Shown here piece after piece: positions 27,128 through 36,763 of a stretch of DNA of 64,000 nucleotides. The number at the start of each line of letters is the position of its first letter. The stretch's first letter is position 1. Source of the stretch: an uncultured Alphaproteobacteria bacterium (GTDB lineage: Bacteria; Pseudomonadota; Alphaproteobacteria; Rhizobiales; Xanthobacteraceae); assembly GCA_963729965.1 (NCBI GenBank), contig CAVSPX010000003.1:15917-79916 (forward strand), read 5' to 3'. The notes under the pieces are model-generated. The model was not told the DNA's origin. It saw nothing but the letters and a program-made list of their open reading frames with translations, and searched no databases. A program made the position numbers and the translations under genes.

Positions 27128-28348
27128 TCAACGCGACATAACCACGGCCAGCGCCTCGCTCAGCGCGCTTGGGCTGATCGGCTTGCGCAAGTAAGTGTTC
27201 ATTCCCGCCGCACGCGCGGCCGCGTCATCGCCTGCCTCGCTGCGGCCGGAAATGCCGATGATCGGCGTTACACTAATGGCGCCGGGCAGCACGCGAATGC
27301 GCCGGGCAGTGTCGAGACCGCCGATGCCGGGCAGCGTCACGTCCATCAGCACGACGTCATAGCCGCGCGGCAGCGCTGCGAGCGCCTCCTCGCCGGAGCC
27401 GACGAAATCGGCGCGGTGCCCAAGCTCAGTGAGGATAGTGTTGAGGATGACACGCCCATACGGATTGTCCTCGACGCACAGAACCGAAAGGCGGCGCGCG
27501 GGCGGAACAACAATATGCTTCGCACGCGCGTCGCCGAAGGTTTCCGCCGTCGCGCGCGGCAGCACCGCGGTAAAGCAGAAAGACGCGCCGTGGCCCGGCG
27601 TGCTGGTCACCGTCAGATCGCCGCCCATCAGCTTCGCCAGCCGTTTGACCACGGCGAGCCCGAGCCCGGCACCGCCATAGCGGCGTGCGATGTCAGCGCT
27701 CGCCTGCGCGTAAGGCCGAAACAGCCGCTTGAGTTCGGCGCGCTTGAGCCCGATACCGCTGTCGCTGACCTGCACGGCGAGCTTGACGCGCCCTGCTTTC
27801 GCGGGCGTGCCGCGCACGTCGAGCCGCACGGCGCCCTGCGCGGTGAATTTCACCGCATTGTCGAGCAGATTTTCCAGCGCGGCGCGCAACCGCACCACGT
27901 CGCCCACGAGCATATCGGGCAAATCGTCAGCAACCGTCACCGCGACCTCAAGGCCCTTGGTCTGCGCGCGCGCGTCGAGCGATGCGGTCAAGGCTTCGAT
28001 CAGGCGGCGCGGCCGAAAAGCCTCCTGCTGCAGGATCAGCGCTCCGGCCTGGGCCTTGGCGGCGTCGACCATCAGCGCAGTCAGTGCCGACAAATGCTCT
28101 GCTCCGGTCTTGATGGCCGCCGCCCAGTCGCGTTCGCGCTTGCCGATATTCGAGCTTGCCAGCAACTCGCCGAGCGCCAGAATCCCGGTGAGCGAGGTGC
28201 GGATATCGTGCGCGAATGCGGCCAGCGCGGGATCGCCGGACTTGCTGGCCTTGGCCACCGGCGCGCGCCGGCGCGCCGGCCGTGCGACGGACGTTATCTT
28301 TGCCTTTTTCTTCGCTCTGACTTTTTGTTTTGATCCGGTACGCGCCAC
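27128..28348 (-). CDS. hybrid sensor histidine kinase/response regulator (HisKA-HATPase-REC), with no recognisable input domain or TM segment
   Basis: H-box FAHDIRTSLTGIL, G-boxes DSGIGL / GGAGLGLAVV, receiver VLCVEDNPYGRVIL...VVLMDVTLPGIGG...GMNTYLRKP. Confidence 0.9.
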   Translation of the reverse strand: MARTGSKQKVRAKKKAKITSVARPARRRAPVAKASKSGDPALAAFAHDIRTSLTGILALGELLASSNIGKRERDWAAAIKTGAEHLSALTALMVDAAKAQAGALILQQEAFRPRRLIEALTASLDARAQTKGLEVAVTVADDLPDMLVGDVVRLRAALENLLDNAVKFTAQGAVRLDVRGTPAKAGRVKLAVQVSDSGIGLKRAELKRLFRPYAQASADIARRYGGAGLGLAVVKRLAKLMGGDLTVTSTPGHGASFCFTAVLPRATAETFGDARAKHIVVPPARRLSVLCVEDNPYGRVILNTILTELGHRADFVGSGEEALAALPRGYDVVLMDVTLPGIGGLDTARRIRVLPGAISVTPIIGISGRSEAGDDAAARAAGMNTYLRKPISPSALSEALAVVMSR

Positions 28349-28441
28349 AACGGCCCCCAGTCAAAAAACGGCGCCTACCATGGCACGGCAGGTTCGCGGC
28401 TCAAAATAATACTGTGCCGTGCCGATCGGCTGCCCCGACGT

Positions 28442-29317
28442 TCAGCTTCCGAGCCCGACCATGTCCCTGATATCCGCCGCGCCGGCGCCTGCGGCGCGCA
28501 ATTGGCGGAGACTCGTGGCTTGCGTGGCCTTGGACAGCTTGCGGCCTTCGTCATCCAGGATGAGCCGATGATGATGATAGGCCGGCTCCGGCAGGCCGAG
28601 CAGCACCTGCAGCAGGCGATGGATGCTGGTCGCCCAGAACAGATCCTGGCCGCGGACCACGTCGGTGATGCCCTGCAAGGCATCGTCGACCACCACGGCA
28701 AGGTGATAGCTTGTCGGCAGTTCCTTGCGCGCCAGGATGACATCGCCCCAGCGCTGCGGTTCGGCCGCCACGCGTCCGGTCAGGTGCTGCGGACCGCTAC
28801 CGCTTTCCGACCAGTTGAGCAGACCGGTGCGCGCCGCAGCCGCGCCGGTATCGAGCCGCAGCGCGAACAACTCGCCGGCGCGACGCCGGCGAGCACGCTC
28901 GTCGGACGGAATTGTCCGCGCCCCTCCCGGATAGAGCGGCACGCCGTCGGGATCGCGCGGCCAAGGTCCGCCACGCTCGCGCTCGGCCACCATGGCGGCA
29001 ATTTCGCTCCGGCTCTCGAAGCTTGGATACAAAAGGCCCTCGGTTTCGAGCCTGCCGACGGCCGCCCGGTAATCGGCAAAGTGCTCGCTTTGCCGGCGCA
29101 CCGGCTCGCTCCACGAAATACCAAGCCAGTGCAGATCCTCGTAAATCGCACTCTCATATTCGGGGCGGCAGCGCGCCGCATCGATATTCTCAATCCGCAG
29201 CAAAAGCTGTCCGCCGCACGCGCGCGCCATGTCGTAATTGAGCAGCGCCGAATAGGCATGACCCAGATGCAGATACCCGTTCGGGCTCGGTGCAAAGCGA
29301 AAGACGCGGGTGTACAT
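28442..29317 (-). CDS. gluQ: tRNA glutamyl-Q(34) synthetase
   Basis: 291 aa. RFAPSPNGYLHLGHAYSALLNY (HIGH-type motif), a truncated GluRS-like catalytic domain, KLSKA. Confidence 0.9.
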   Translation of the reverse strand: MYTRVFRFAPSPNGYLHLGHAYSALLNYDMARACGGQLLLRIENIDAARCRPEYESAIYEDLHWLGISWSEPVRRQSEHFADYRAAVGRLETEGLLYPSFESRSEIAAMVAERERGGPWPRDPDGVPLYPGGARTIPSDERARRRRAGELFALRLDTGAAAARTGLLNWSESGSGPQHLTGRVAAEPQRWGDVILARKELPTSYHLAVVVDDALQGITDVVRGQDLFWATSIHRLLQVLLGLPEPAYHHHRLILDDEGRKLSKATQATSLRQLRAAGAGAADIRDMVGLGS

Positions 29318-29380
29318 CGGCGGCAGCGACCGTTACCGGATTGACCGGCCTAAAAATAGCTATCAATCACGATAGTCTCG

Positions 29381-30118
29381 ATGGCCAAAAGTCGACCAAC
29401 CGATCTGGCAAACTCTCCGCCACATCATCTCCCCCGCATTCACACCGAGGCCGATCTCGATGCTGGCCTCGACGCGCTCGGCGTAATCGATCCACGGTTC
29501 GTCCCCATCCTCGCCCAGACCGGCCGGCCGCCGTTGCGGCGGCGGGCCCATGGCTATCCGGGACTGGCGGCCATTATTGTCTCACAACAGCTCTCTACCG
29601 CGAGTGCCGGCGCGATCTGGGGGCGCCTGACCGCGGCGTTCGATCCGTTTGAGCCGCCGGCGATCATTCGGGCGCGGCCGGCGCGGCTCGCGCGGCTTGG
29701 CCTGTCGGGTGCGAAGATCCGCGCCCTCAAGGCGATCGCCCGTGCCATCGCAAAAGGCGAAATTGATCTGTCGAAGCTTGTCGACATCCCGGCGGATGAC
29801 GCGCACGCCGCACTGACTGCGTTGCACGGGGTCGGTCCTTGGACCGCGGATATCTACCTGCTGGCTTGCCTCGGACATGCCGACGCATGGCCGGCCGGCG
29901 ATCTCGCCTTGCAGGAGGCGGCACGGCTGGCTTTCGGCCTGGCGGCACGCCCCACCACCAAGGAGATGGCGGCGTTGGGGGATCAATGGCGGCCGTGGCG
30001 GTCCATAGCGGCGCGCGTGCTCTGGTCATATTATCGGCTGATGAAAGGCCGCGAAGGCGCCCCCGTCCAACCGACAAAGAAACCAGTGAAAAGAGGAACG
30101 AATGGCCGCAGAGCTTGA
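29381..30118 (+). CDS. DNA-3-methyladenine glycosylase II family (HhH-GPD)
   Basis: LTALHGVGPWTADIYLLACLGHADAWPAGDLAL, a helix-hairpin-helix plus catalytic Asp region. Confidence 0.85.
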   Translation: MAKSRPTDLANSPPHHLPRIHTEADLDAGLDALGVIDPRFVPILAQTGRPPLRRRAHGYPGLAAIIVSQQLSTASAGAIWGRLTAAFDPFEPPAIIRARPARLARLGLSGAKIRALKAIARAIAKGEIDLSKLVDIPADDAHAALTALHGVGPWTADIYLLACLGHADAWPAGDLALQEAARLAFGLAARPTTKEMAALGDQWRPWRSIAARVLWSYYRLMKGREGAPVQPTKKPVKRGTNGRRA

Positions 30119-30776
30119 CGGTCCGCGGCTCAATCCGCGCTCGGGCGCGGCGCGCCAGCTTGTTGTTTTTCTGCACGGCTATGGCGCCGACGGCAACGAT
30201 CTCATCGACATCGGCCGCGCCTGGCAACAATATCTGCCGCAGGCGGCGTTTGCTTCGCCGCACGCGCCGGAGCCCTGCGGACAGGCGCCGGTCGGCCGGC
30301 AATGGTTTCCACTCACCTTTCGCGATCCGAACGAGCGCTGGGCCGGCGTCAACAAGGCGGCGCCGGTACTCGAGCGGTTTCTCGATGCCGAGCTGGCCCG
30401 CCATCAGCTGCCGCCATCGGCGCTGGCGCTGGTCGGCTTCAGCCAGGGGACGATGATGGCGCTGCATGTCGGTTTGCGCCGCGCCACGGCGCCGGCCGCG
30501 ATCGTCGGCTATTCCGGCCTCCTGGTCACGCCGCCGGAGGGCGAGATCGAAGCCTTCGCAGGCGAGATCAAATCGCGGCCGCCGGTCTTGCTGGTGCACG
30601 GCGATAGCGACGACCTGATCCCCGTCCAGGCGCTGTTTGCAGCGGCGCAGGGCCTCTCCGCGCTCGGACTCTCGGTCGAGTGGCACATCTCGCCCGGCAT
30701 CGGCCATGGCATCGACGCCGAGGGCCTGCGCCACGGCGGCGAATTTCTGGCGCGCAGATTTGCAGCGTCCCGTTAA
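30102..30776 (+). CDS. alpha/beta hydrolase, phospholipase/carboxylesterase family
   Basis: LVVFLHGYGADGNDL, nucleophile elbow GFSQGTMM, LLVHGDSDDLIP, GHGI. Confidence 0.85.
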   Translation: MAAELDGPRLNPRSGAARQLVVFLHGYGADGNDLIDIGRAWQQYLPQAAFASPHAPEPCGQAPVGRQWFPLTFRDPNERWAGVNKAAPVLERFLDAELARHQLPPSALALVGFSQGTMMALHVGLRRATAPAAIVGYSGLLVTPPEGEIEAFAGEIKSRPPVLLVHGDSDDLIPVQALFAAAQGLSALGLSVEWHISPGIGHGIDAEGLRHGGEFLARRFAASR

Positions 30777-30850
30777 CCTCAAAAACGGCCGAAGCGTAAC
30801 GTTTCACTAGCAAATCCGCCGTAGAAGCCGGGCGTTGGAGCGTACGCGCC

Positions 30851-31435
30851 ATGCTCGCGGCTTTGAGACGAAGACTGGCCGAAGGCGCCATTCGGCTTCG
30901 GTCGTGTGGACATTTCGCGCTCTGCCGCAAGGGCGCCACAGCAATTGAATTTGCGCTGGTAGCTGCGCCGTTTCTCGCCCTGCTCGTCGCCATGTTCGAG
31001 ACCGCACTGGTATTCTTCGCCGGACGCGTGCTCGACGAGGTGACCGAAGAAGCCAGCCGCTACATTCTGACCGGACAGGCCCAGCAGTCGAACATGACGC
31101 AGGCGCAGTTCCTCAATTACGTCTGCACCGGATCCAATACCGCAGCCCTCGTCAGCGCGCTGTTCAACTGCAACAAGCTGATGGTCAACATCCAGAACTA
31201 TAACAACTTCGCCTCGGCCAATACCGCAAACCCGACCCTGACGTTCAATGCCAACGGTACGGTCAGCAATACCTGGAACTACTCGCCGGGCACGCCAGGC
31301 AGCATCGTCGTGGTGCAGGTGATGTATCAGTGGCCGATCGTGCTTGGCCCGCTCGGCTTCAATCTGTCCAATCTTTCTAATGGCAACCGGCTCCTGATAT
31401 CGACCGCCGTCTTCAAGAACGAGCCCTACCAATGA
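30851..31435 (+). CDS. TadE/TadG-family Flp-pilus pseudopilin-like protein
   Basis: N-terminal GATAIEFALVAAPFLALLVAMFE (TadE-like motif), with a Cys pair later. Confidence 0.75.
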   Translation: MLAALRRRLAEGAIRLRSCGHFALCRKGATAIEFALVAAPFLALLVAMFETALVFFAGRVLDEVTEEASRYILTGQAQQSNMTQAQFLNYVCTGSNTAALVSALFNCNKLMVNIQNYNNFASANTANPTLTFNANGTVSNTWNYSPGTPGSIVVVQVMYQWPIVLGPLGFNLSNLSNGNRLLISTAVFKNEPYQ

Positions 31436-32088
31436 GACAAGGCGCGGCTGGCTCAAACCTTGGCGGCTGCCTGAGCCGATTTGCGCGCGCGCGCGACGGC
31501 GTCTCCGCCATCGAGTTCGCCCTCATCCTGCCATTCATGCTGACGCTTTATCTCGGCGGCAGCGAACTCGGCGATGGGATGGCGGTTCAGTTCAAGGTCA
31601 CCCTCGCCGCGCGCACGGTGGCCGATCTTGCCTCGCAATGTGGAAACGGCACCTTGGACGGGCAATATTGCGACACCGCCAACGGTCTGCCGATTGACAA
31701 CACCTCAATGAACCAAATTATCGGCGCGACCACGCAGGTTATGACACCATATTCCGCCGCCAACATGGTAGTCACCGTCTCAGAACTGAAATTTACCGGC
31801 GGGAGCACCAATGCCTCGGTGGTCTGGAGCGCTTCGAACAGCGGGAGCGGGCGCACCATTGGCTCGTCCTATACCCTGCCGGCCGCCTACCAGCAGCTAC
31901 CGCAGCAAGCGGGAAATGCTCCTTATTATGTGATTCTAGGCGAGGCCACTTATCCCTATACCCCGACCATGGGATACGTGCTCACCGGCACTATCAACAT
32001 CTACGAGGATGCGATCTTTTTTCCGCGCAATTCGGATCCGCCGGGTTGCGTGCAGTACAATACCGCGCAGAATAACTACTGCTCGTGA
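31432..32088 (+). CDS. TadE/TadG-family Flp-pilus pseudopilin-like protein
   Basis: DGVSAIEFALILPFMLTLYLGGSELG. The start overlaps the previous stop (ATGA). Confidence 0.75.
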   Translation: MRQGAAGSNLGGCLSRFARARDGVSAIEFALILPFMLTLYLGGSELGDGMAVQFKVTLAARTVADLASQCGNGTLDGQYCDTANGLPIDNTSMNQIIGATTQVMTPYSAANMVVTVSELKFTGGSTNASVVWSASNSGSGRTIGSSYTLPAAYQQLPQQAGNAPYYVILGEATYPYTPTMGYVLTGTINIYEDAIFFPRNSDPPGCVQYNTAQNNYCS

Positions 32089-32124
32089 GTTCACGTTAAA
32101 CGCCACACCCGCGAACGCAGTCGA

Positions 32125-33585
32125 CTACTGCGAAAGATGCGCGCTGGCGATCGCTTTCTGAAACAGCGCCGCCATGGCCGCGGTGATATCGCCGTCGGTC
32201 GTGACCTGAAAAAACAGCCCCGGCGAGGCGCAGCTCTGCATGTTCGGTCCGATCAGGCTCTGGAACGGCGAAATCCAGCTGTTGTACCAGGAGTTGGTCG
32301 GCAACGGCAGATATTCGGTATAGAGCACGGCGATGCGGATGCCGCGGTTCTTCACCGTCGTGCACCACGACGTGTTGAACGGCTGCTGACAGCGTGTGCC
32401 GTCGAGCGTCTGCGAGCACGAGCTGGAGTTGATTTCGTCATCGACGCCGTCGGTGACCAGGAACAGCACCTCTTGCGGCGTGCTGCCCGACGTGCCGCTC
32501 CCCGGGGTCGGCATGATGTTATTGATCGCGCTCATCGCGGTCTCGAAATCAGTATCGGCATCGTTGTTATTGTTGCCGCAGGTCAGGTAGTTATTCTTGC
32601 AGACCTCCAGAACGTTGATGCCTCCAGCCGCGGTTTGCGCGGCCGATAAATTCGTCGAAGGTTCGCAGCTCGGCGCGTAGATCACCTGAAGCGTGGTGCT
32701 GGTGCATTGACTGTTGGTGGTGCCCTGCACATCGAACGTAAAGATCGCCATCTGGTAGCAGCCCGGACCGTTCGGGCAGCTTGCATTGTTCGTGGTCATC
32801 GTCTGCGAGGCGGTGCTCATCAGCGACGATGTCGCTGTCGCCATGTTTTCGATGCGCGTCACCACGCCGAGATTCTGCGCCAGCGTGTAATTGTCTTCGC
32901 CGTTAGGATTGCCGGCGACATCGGACGAAGTGGGATTGGACTCGTGGCAGGCGAGAGCACAGCCGCCCTGCGCCGAGGTGTTGGCCACCATCGTATTGAT
33001 GCCGCTGGTGGTTGCGGCAATGTCCATCGATGGCGAATTATCGAGCAGCAGATAAAAATTGATGTTCGGCGCGGTGGTTGCGGTCGCGGTCGACGACCCG
33101 GTGACCGTCCAGGTCGCCTCCGAAGTCTTTGTCAGAAGCGCCAAAACATTCGGAAACGAATTTACCGACGAAGCGCTGTAGCTGACCGTGACGGTGCGCG
33201 TGGAAACGTTGTCCTGGCAGCCGGTGATGGTTGGCGTCGGGGTGCTCTGCAACCCTCTCACCACTGAAGCCTGCCCCTGGAAGATGTTCGTCGCGTTGGT
33301 CTGCGCGACCGAGCACGTCTGCGTCATGGCGGTCGGCGTCACCATCGACAGAGCGGCGGAATCGGCGGCGGCGTTGAGCTGAATGCGCTTCTGCGCCGCC
33401 GCGGAGAAATCGAGGCTGACCCCGGTCAGAAAAATGATGGGGATGAGCGACAGCGCAAACGCCATCGCTGTATTGCCGCGGCAATCGCGACTGAAACGAC
33501 GCAGGAACTCGCCAAGCATGCCCAACCCTGACCACAGCGCGGCTTTTTCGCCCTTCGCCGCCGTCAGTTGATAACGAGCGGGCAT
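32125..33585 (-). CDS. TadG-like pilus-associated protein with vWA domain
   Basis: N-terminal GNTAMAFALSLIPIIFLTGVSLDF (TadG-type). vWA MIDAS-like FYLLLDNSPSMD and ...FLVTDGVDDE. Confidence 0.75.
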   Translation of the reverse strand: MPARYQLTAAKGEKAALWSGLGMLGEFLRRFSRDCRGNTAMAFALSLIPIIFLTGVSLDFSAAAQKRIQLNAAADSAALSMVTPTAMTQTCSVAQTNATNIFQGQASVVRGLQSTPTPTITGCQDNVSTRTVTVSYSASSVNSFPNVLALLTKTSEATWTVTGSSTATATTAPNINFYLLLDNSPSMDIAATTSGINTMVANTSAQGGCALACHESNPTSSDVAGNPNGEDNYTLAQNLGVVTRIENMATATSSLMSTASQTMTTNNASCPNGPGCYQMAIFTFDVQGTTNSQCTSTTLQVIYAPSCEPSTNLSAAQTAAGGINVLEVCKNNYLTCGNNNNDADTDFETAMSAINNIMPTPGSGTSGSTPQEVLFLVTDGVDDEINSSSCSQTLDGTRCQQPFNTSWCTTVKNRGIRIAVLYTEYLPLPTNSWYNSWISPFQSLIGPNMQSCASPGLFFQVTTDGDITAAMAALFQKAIASAHLSQ

Positions 33586-33737
33586 TGATTTTTCGTTGTT
33601 TCGATCGCAGAGCGAGCGCTACCGCCATCGTTAACGGCGCGTTGCATCTTTATCTGATCGAATTCCAAAAATGCTGTACCGGCGAGGCGTTGCGCCGGCC
33701 GCGACAGGCGAGGTTTACGGGCCGCTGACGAGATCGC

Positions 33738-36356
33738 TCAGGTTTTATCGGTTATGGTGCGCGGCGGTCCCATCAGCGCGGGCTGGAATAGCGCCGCCGC
33801 GGCAAGCGTGCAGGCAAGCGACAGCGCCAGCAGCTTGCCCATACTTGAAATGCCCGGATGGTCTGAGAACCACAGGCTGCCGAAGGCCGTCGCCGTCATC
33901 AGCGCGCTGAAGAACACTGCACGCGTCAAACTCGACTGCAGGAAATTGTATTCGCCGCGGCGCCACGCCATGACGTAATAAATCTTGAAGGCGACACCGA
34001 CGCCGAGCAGTGCCGGCAGCGCGATGATATTGGCATAGTTGAGGGCAAAGCCTGTCAACGCGCAGATTTCCAAGGTCGCGGCCGCCGCCACCAGCAGCGG
34101 GATCAGGGTCAAAAACACGTCGCGGATGCGCCGCAGCACCAGCCACAGCAGGATCGCGATCGAAACAATCGCCAGCGCTCCGGCCTTGATGAAGGCCGAG
34201 GTGACAGTGCGTCCCCATTCGTAGATTTCAATCGCCTGGCCGGTCGCGTTGGGCTCGACCGACAGCACGGCGCGGGCGAAGCCACTCACCGCCGCGCTGT
34301 CGCTGGCGGCGCTTTTCGGCAAAATCTCGGTGCGGGCAAAACCGTTTGGCGCGGTCCATTGCCGGACGAGGTCGCCCGGCAGATTGGCGCGCGTCACTGT
34401 CTGCGGATGCAACGACGCAGCGATCACGCGGAAATCGATTTCAAGCGGTGAGATAAATACGGACTCTGCCTGCTGCCGCAGCTTTGCGTCGGCGCCAGCG
34501 AGTGCCGAGAGATCCTTGGGCAGTCGTCGCGCCGCGGCGGCACCCGGTCCGGAGCCTTCGCCGGCAGCATTCTGCAACGCCGTCACGGCTTCCTTGAGCG
34601 CGGTCACGTCATCGGCATCCGATGGTCTTGCCACGGGCTTTGCCCGCAAGGCCGGATCGAGTACCGCGGCGGCGCGGGCGATGGTCGCGATTTTCTGCGC
34701 CTGGTCGGCGGGGATGAAGCTTTCGAGAGTTCGCGTCGTTCCGACCTCCGGCAGCGCCGCAAGCCGCTTCGCGACCGCGCCGGCGGCGCTGACCGGCGTC
34801 AGCACGTCGGCACTCTTCAGTGCCACCTGCTGGCTGCCGCTTAATTGCTGCAGCGTCCTCACCGCTTCGGCGTTCGGGACCTGCAGACTGTTCGGATCGA
34901 AATTGAATTTGAGCAGGAATAGGGATGGCAGCGCCACCAACGCGACGATCGAAGTCGTCAACACGATCGCAAATCGGTGCCGGTGCATGAAACGGTCGGC
35001 GCCGGCCAGCGCGCCATAGCCGAGCGGACGCGGTTCGGCAGGCGGCCTGAACAGCGACAACAGCGCCGGCAACAGCGTCATGGCGGCGACGTAGGCCACA
35101 ACCATGCCGACGCCGGCAATCAGACCCAGTTCCGCCACGCCGCGGTAGCTGGTCGGCACAAAAGAGAGAAAACCGGCGGCTGCGGCCAGCGCCGCAAGTG
35201 TCAACGGCGGTCCGACGTAACGGGCTCCATCCACCAATGCGGCCCTGAGGTCATTGTGTTCGTGGCGCTGCGTGCGGTAGCGCACGCTGAATTGGATGGC
35301 GAAGTCGGCGCCGAGGCCGACGAACAACATCGCGAACGCGACCGAAATCGGATTGAAGGCCCCGACGAGCAAAAGCCCGAGCGCGGCAGTGGCGACAAGG
35401 CCGACGAAGATCGTCACGACGACCGCGAGTACGATGCGCCGCGAACGCAACGCCAGCCACAACACGAAGACAACGATCGCCCCGGTGACAAGGCTGTTGA
35501 GCCACAGGCCCTGTTGCAGCGTCGCAAACTGCGCATCGGCAAGCGGGATGGCCCCGGTCAGGCGGACCGACGCCTCATAATGCTGCTTCAGATCGGCATC
35601 GGCGGCGGCTTTGCGGACCGCATCGGCGGCGGCGTGGCCCGGTTCGAGCGCCTGATAGTCGAGCACTGGCAAGATCGTGATGAGATGCCGCAAATCTTCC
35701 GGTTTCACCGGCCCACCGTTCACCAGCGCCTGCCAGGAAAACGATGCCGGTTTTCCGGCGAGCATGTTGTCAAGCGTATCGGCTGCGGCATTGAGTGTCG
35801 GTGCCATCGCGTTCAGCTTGACGCGGCCTGCGGCGACGCCCTGGAGACCCATCGACAGCGCGCGCGCGAGGCCCCGCAACGACGGATCGGACGCAAGCGT
35901 CGCGACCATCGGCTCGGCCTGCGCGAGCCGGTGCATCCGATCGGCGAGAGCATTCTGCGCCAGATAGAGAAGGCCGTTGCGGGCGAAGAATGCGCCGGCT
36001 TGCAGGTCGGTTACGGAATGGAAATGCGCCGTTTGCGGGGTCAATTGCTTGATGAGCGCAGCGGCGGCCGCTCCGGCGAACTCGGGCGTCGGCGCGCTGA
36101 CGACGGCGAGGATCGACGACGCTTGGCCGGGGAATGCCGCCTGATACGCAAGCTCGCGCTTGCGCCAGGGAAGATTGGGCGACAGCAGATTCGCCACGTT
36201 GGTGTTGACTGCGAAATGGCGCGCCACATAGACCGACGATCCTGCGAGTATCACGGCGCTCGCAAGAACGACGAACCACGCATGGCGGATGCAAAAATCG
36301 ACGATCGCAGCAAGATTCGGATAGACATGTTTCGCATCAGATTCGACGTAAGACAT
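33738..36356 (-). CDS. MMPL/RND-superfamily exporter (HpnN-like)
   Basis: 872 aa from the internal Met (MSYVESDAKHVYPNLAAIVDFCIRHAWFVV). Two 6-TM bundles each preceded by a large periplasmic loop. The N-terminus ..ARHFAVNTNVANLLSPNLPWRKRELAYQAAFP resembles HpnN-type proteins. Confidence 0.8.
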   Translation of the reverse strand: MSYVESDAKHVYPNLAAIVDFCIRHAWFVVLASAVILAGSSVYVARHFAVNTNVANLLSPNLPWRKRELAYQAAFPGQASSILAVVSAPTPEFAGAAAAALIKQLTPQTAHFHSVTDLQAGAFFARNGLLYLAQNALADRMHRLAQAEPMVATLASDPSLRGLARALSMGLQGVAAGRVKLNAMAPTLNAAADTLDNMLAGKPASFSWQALVNGGPVKPEDLRHLITILPVLDYQALEPGHAAADAVRKAAADADLKQHYEASVRLTGAIPLADAQFATLQQGLWLNSLVTGAIVVFVLWLALRSRRIVLAVVVTIFVGLVATAALGLLLVGAFNPISVAFAMLFVGLGADFAIQFSVRYRTQRHEHNDLRAALVDGARYVGPPLTLAALAAAAGFLSFVPTSYRGVAELGLIAGVGMVVAYVAAMTLLPALLSLFRPPAEPRPLGYGALAGADRFMHRHRFAIVLTTSIVALVALPSLFLLKFNFDPNSLQVPNAEAVRTLQQLSGSQQVALKSADVLTPVSAAGAVAKRLAALPEVGTTRTLESFIPADQAQKIATIARAAAVLDPALRAKPVARPSDADDVTALKEAVTALQNAAGEGSGPGAAAARRLPKDLSALAGADAKLRQQAESVFISPLEIDFRVIAASLHPQTVTRANLPGDLVRQWTAPNGFARTEILPKSAASDSAAVSGFARAVLSVEPNATGQAIEIYEWGRTVTSAFIKAGALAIVSIAILLWLVLRRIRDVFLTLIPLLVAAAATLEICALTGFALNYANIIALPALLGVGVAFKIYYVMAWRRGEYNFLQSSLTRAVFFSALMTATAFGSLWFSDHPGISSMGKLLALSLACTLAAAALFQPALMGPPRTITDKT

Positions 36357-36611
36357 CGCTTCAAATATGACCTGTAACGAACACTGTCTGGCGGCGCGGT
36401 GGCGCCGAATATTCCGGTGGCAAAGATCCGCCTTCCGCGTCTGACCGTTAACGCAATAGTGGCTCAAGCCTTAATGCCGCTGCGGCAATTTGGTTCGCCG
36501 GCGCATCGTCCAACTCAGCGATAAAGCCTGTTGCGCCCGCGTTGGCGAAGGCAGTCGCGCAAATGTGAAAGAGGCGTCAACTCGGCTCCTCCAAATCGCC
36601 GCGATGGGACG

Positions 36612-36677
36612 GTGACTTGGCGGTGAGTTGGGACGATGACTTGCCAAAGTGACTAGGTGACTTGGCAAGGTGACTTT
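36612..36677. repeat. six tandem GTGACTTGG-like direct repeats (8-13 bp period) in a divergent intergenic region
   Basis: GTGACTTGG 36612, GTGAGTTGG 36623, ATGACTTGC 36636, GTGACTAG 36649, GTGACTTGG 36657, GTGACTTTG 36669. Confidence 0.5.
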
Positions 36678-36763
36678 GCGGCTGAACTGTTGGTTTTGTT
36701 TTTCGTGGTTTTCGTCAACTGAGTGTGGAACTCCATCGCCGCAGTGAATCCGGGTGCCCGCGG

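Noticed and set aside
36612-36677. Possibility that the GTGACTTGG repeats are a CRISPR array
   Set aside because: The repeat unit is only 8-9 bp with an 8-13 bp period. There are no spacer-sized unique segments and no cas genes. It is kept as a candidate regulatory array instead.
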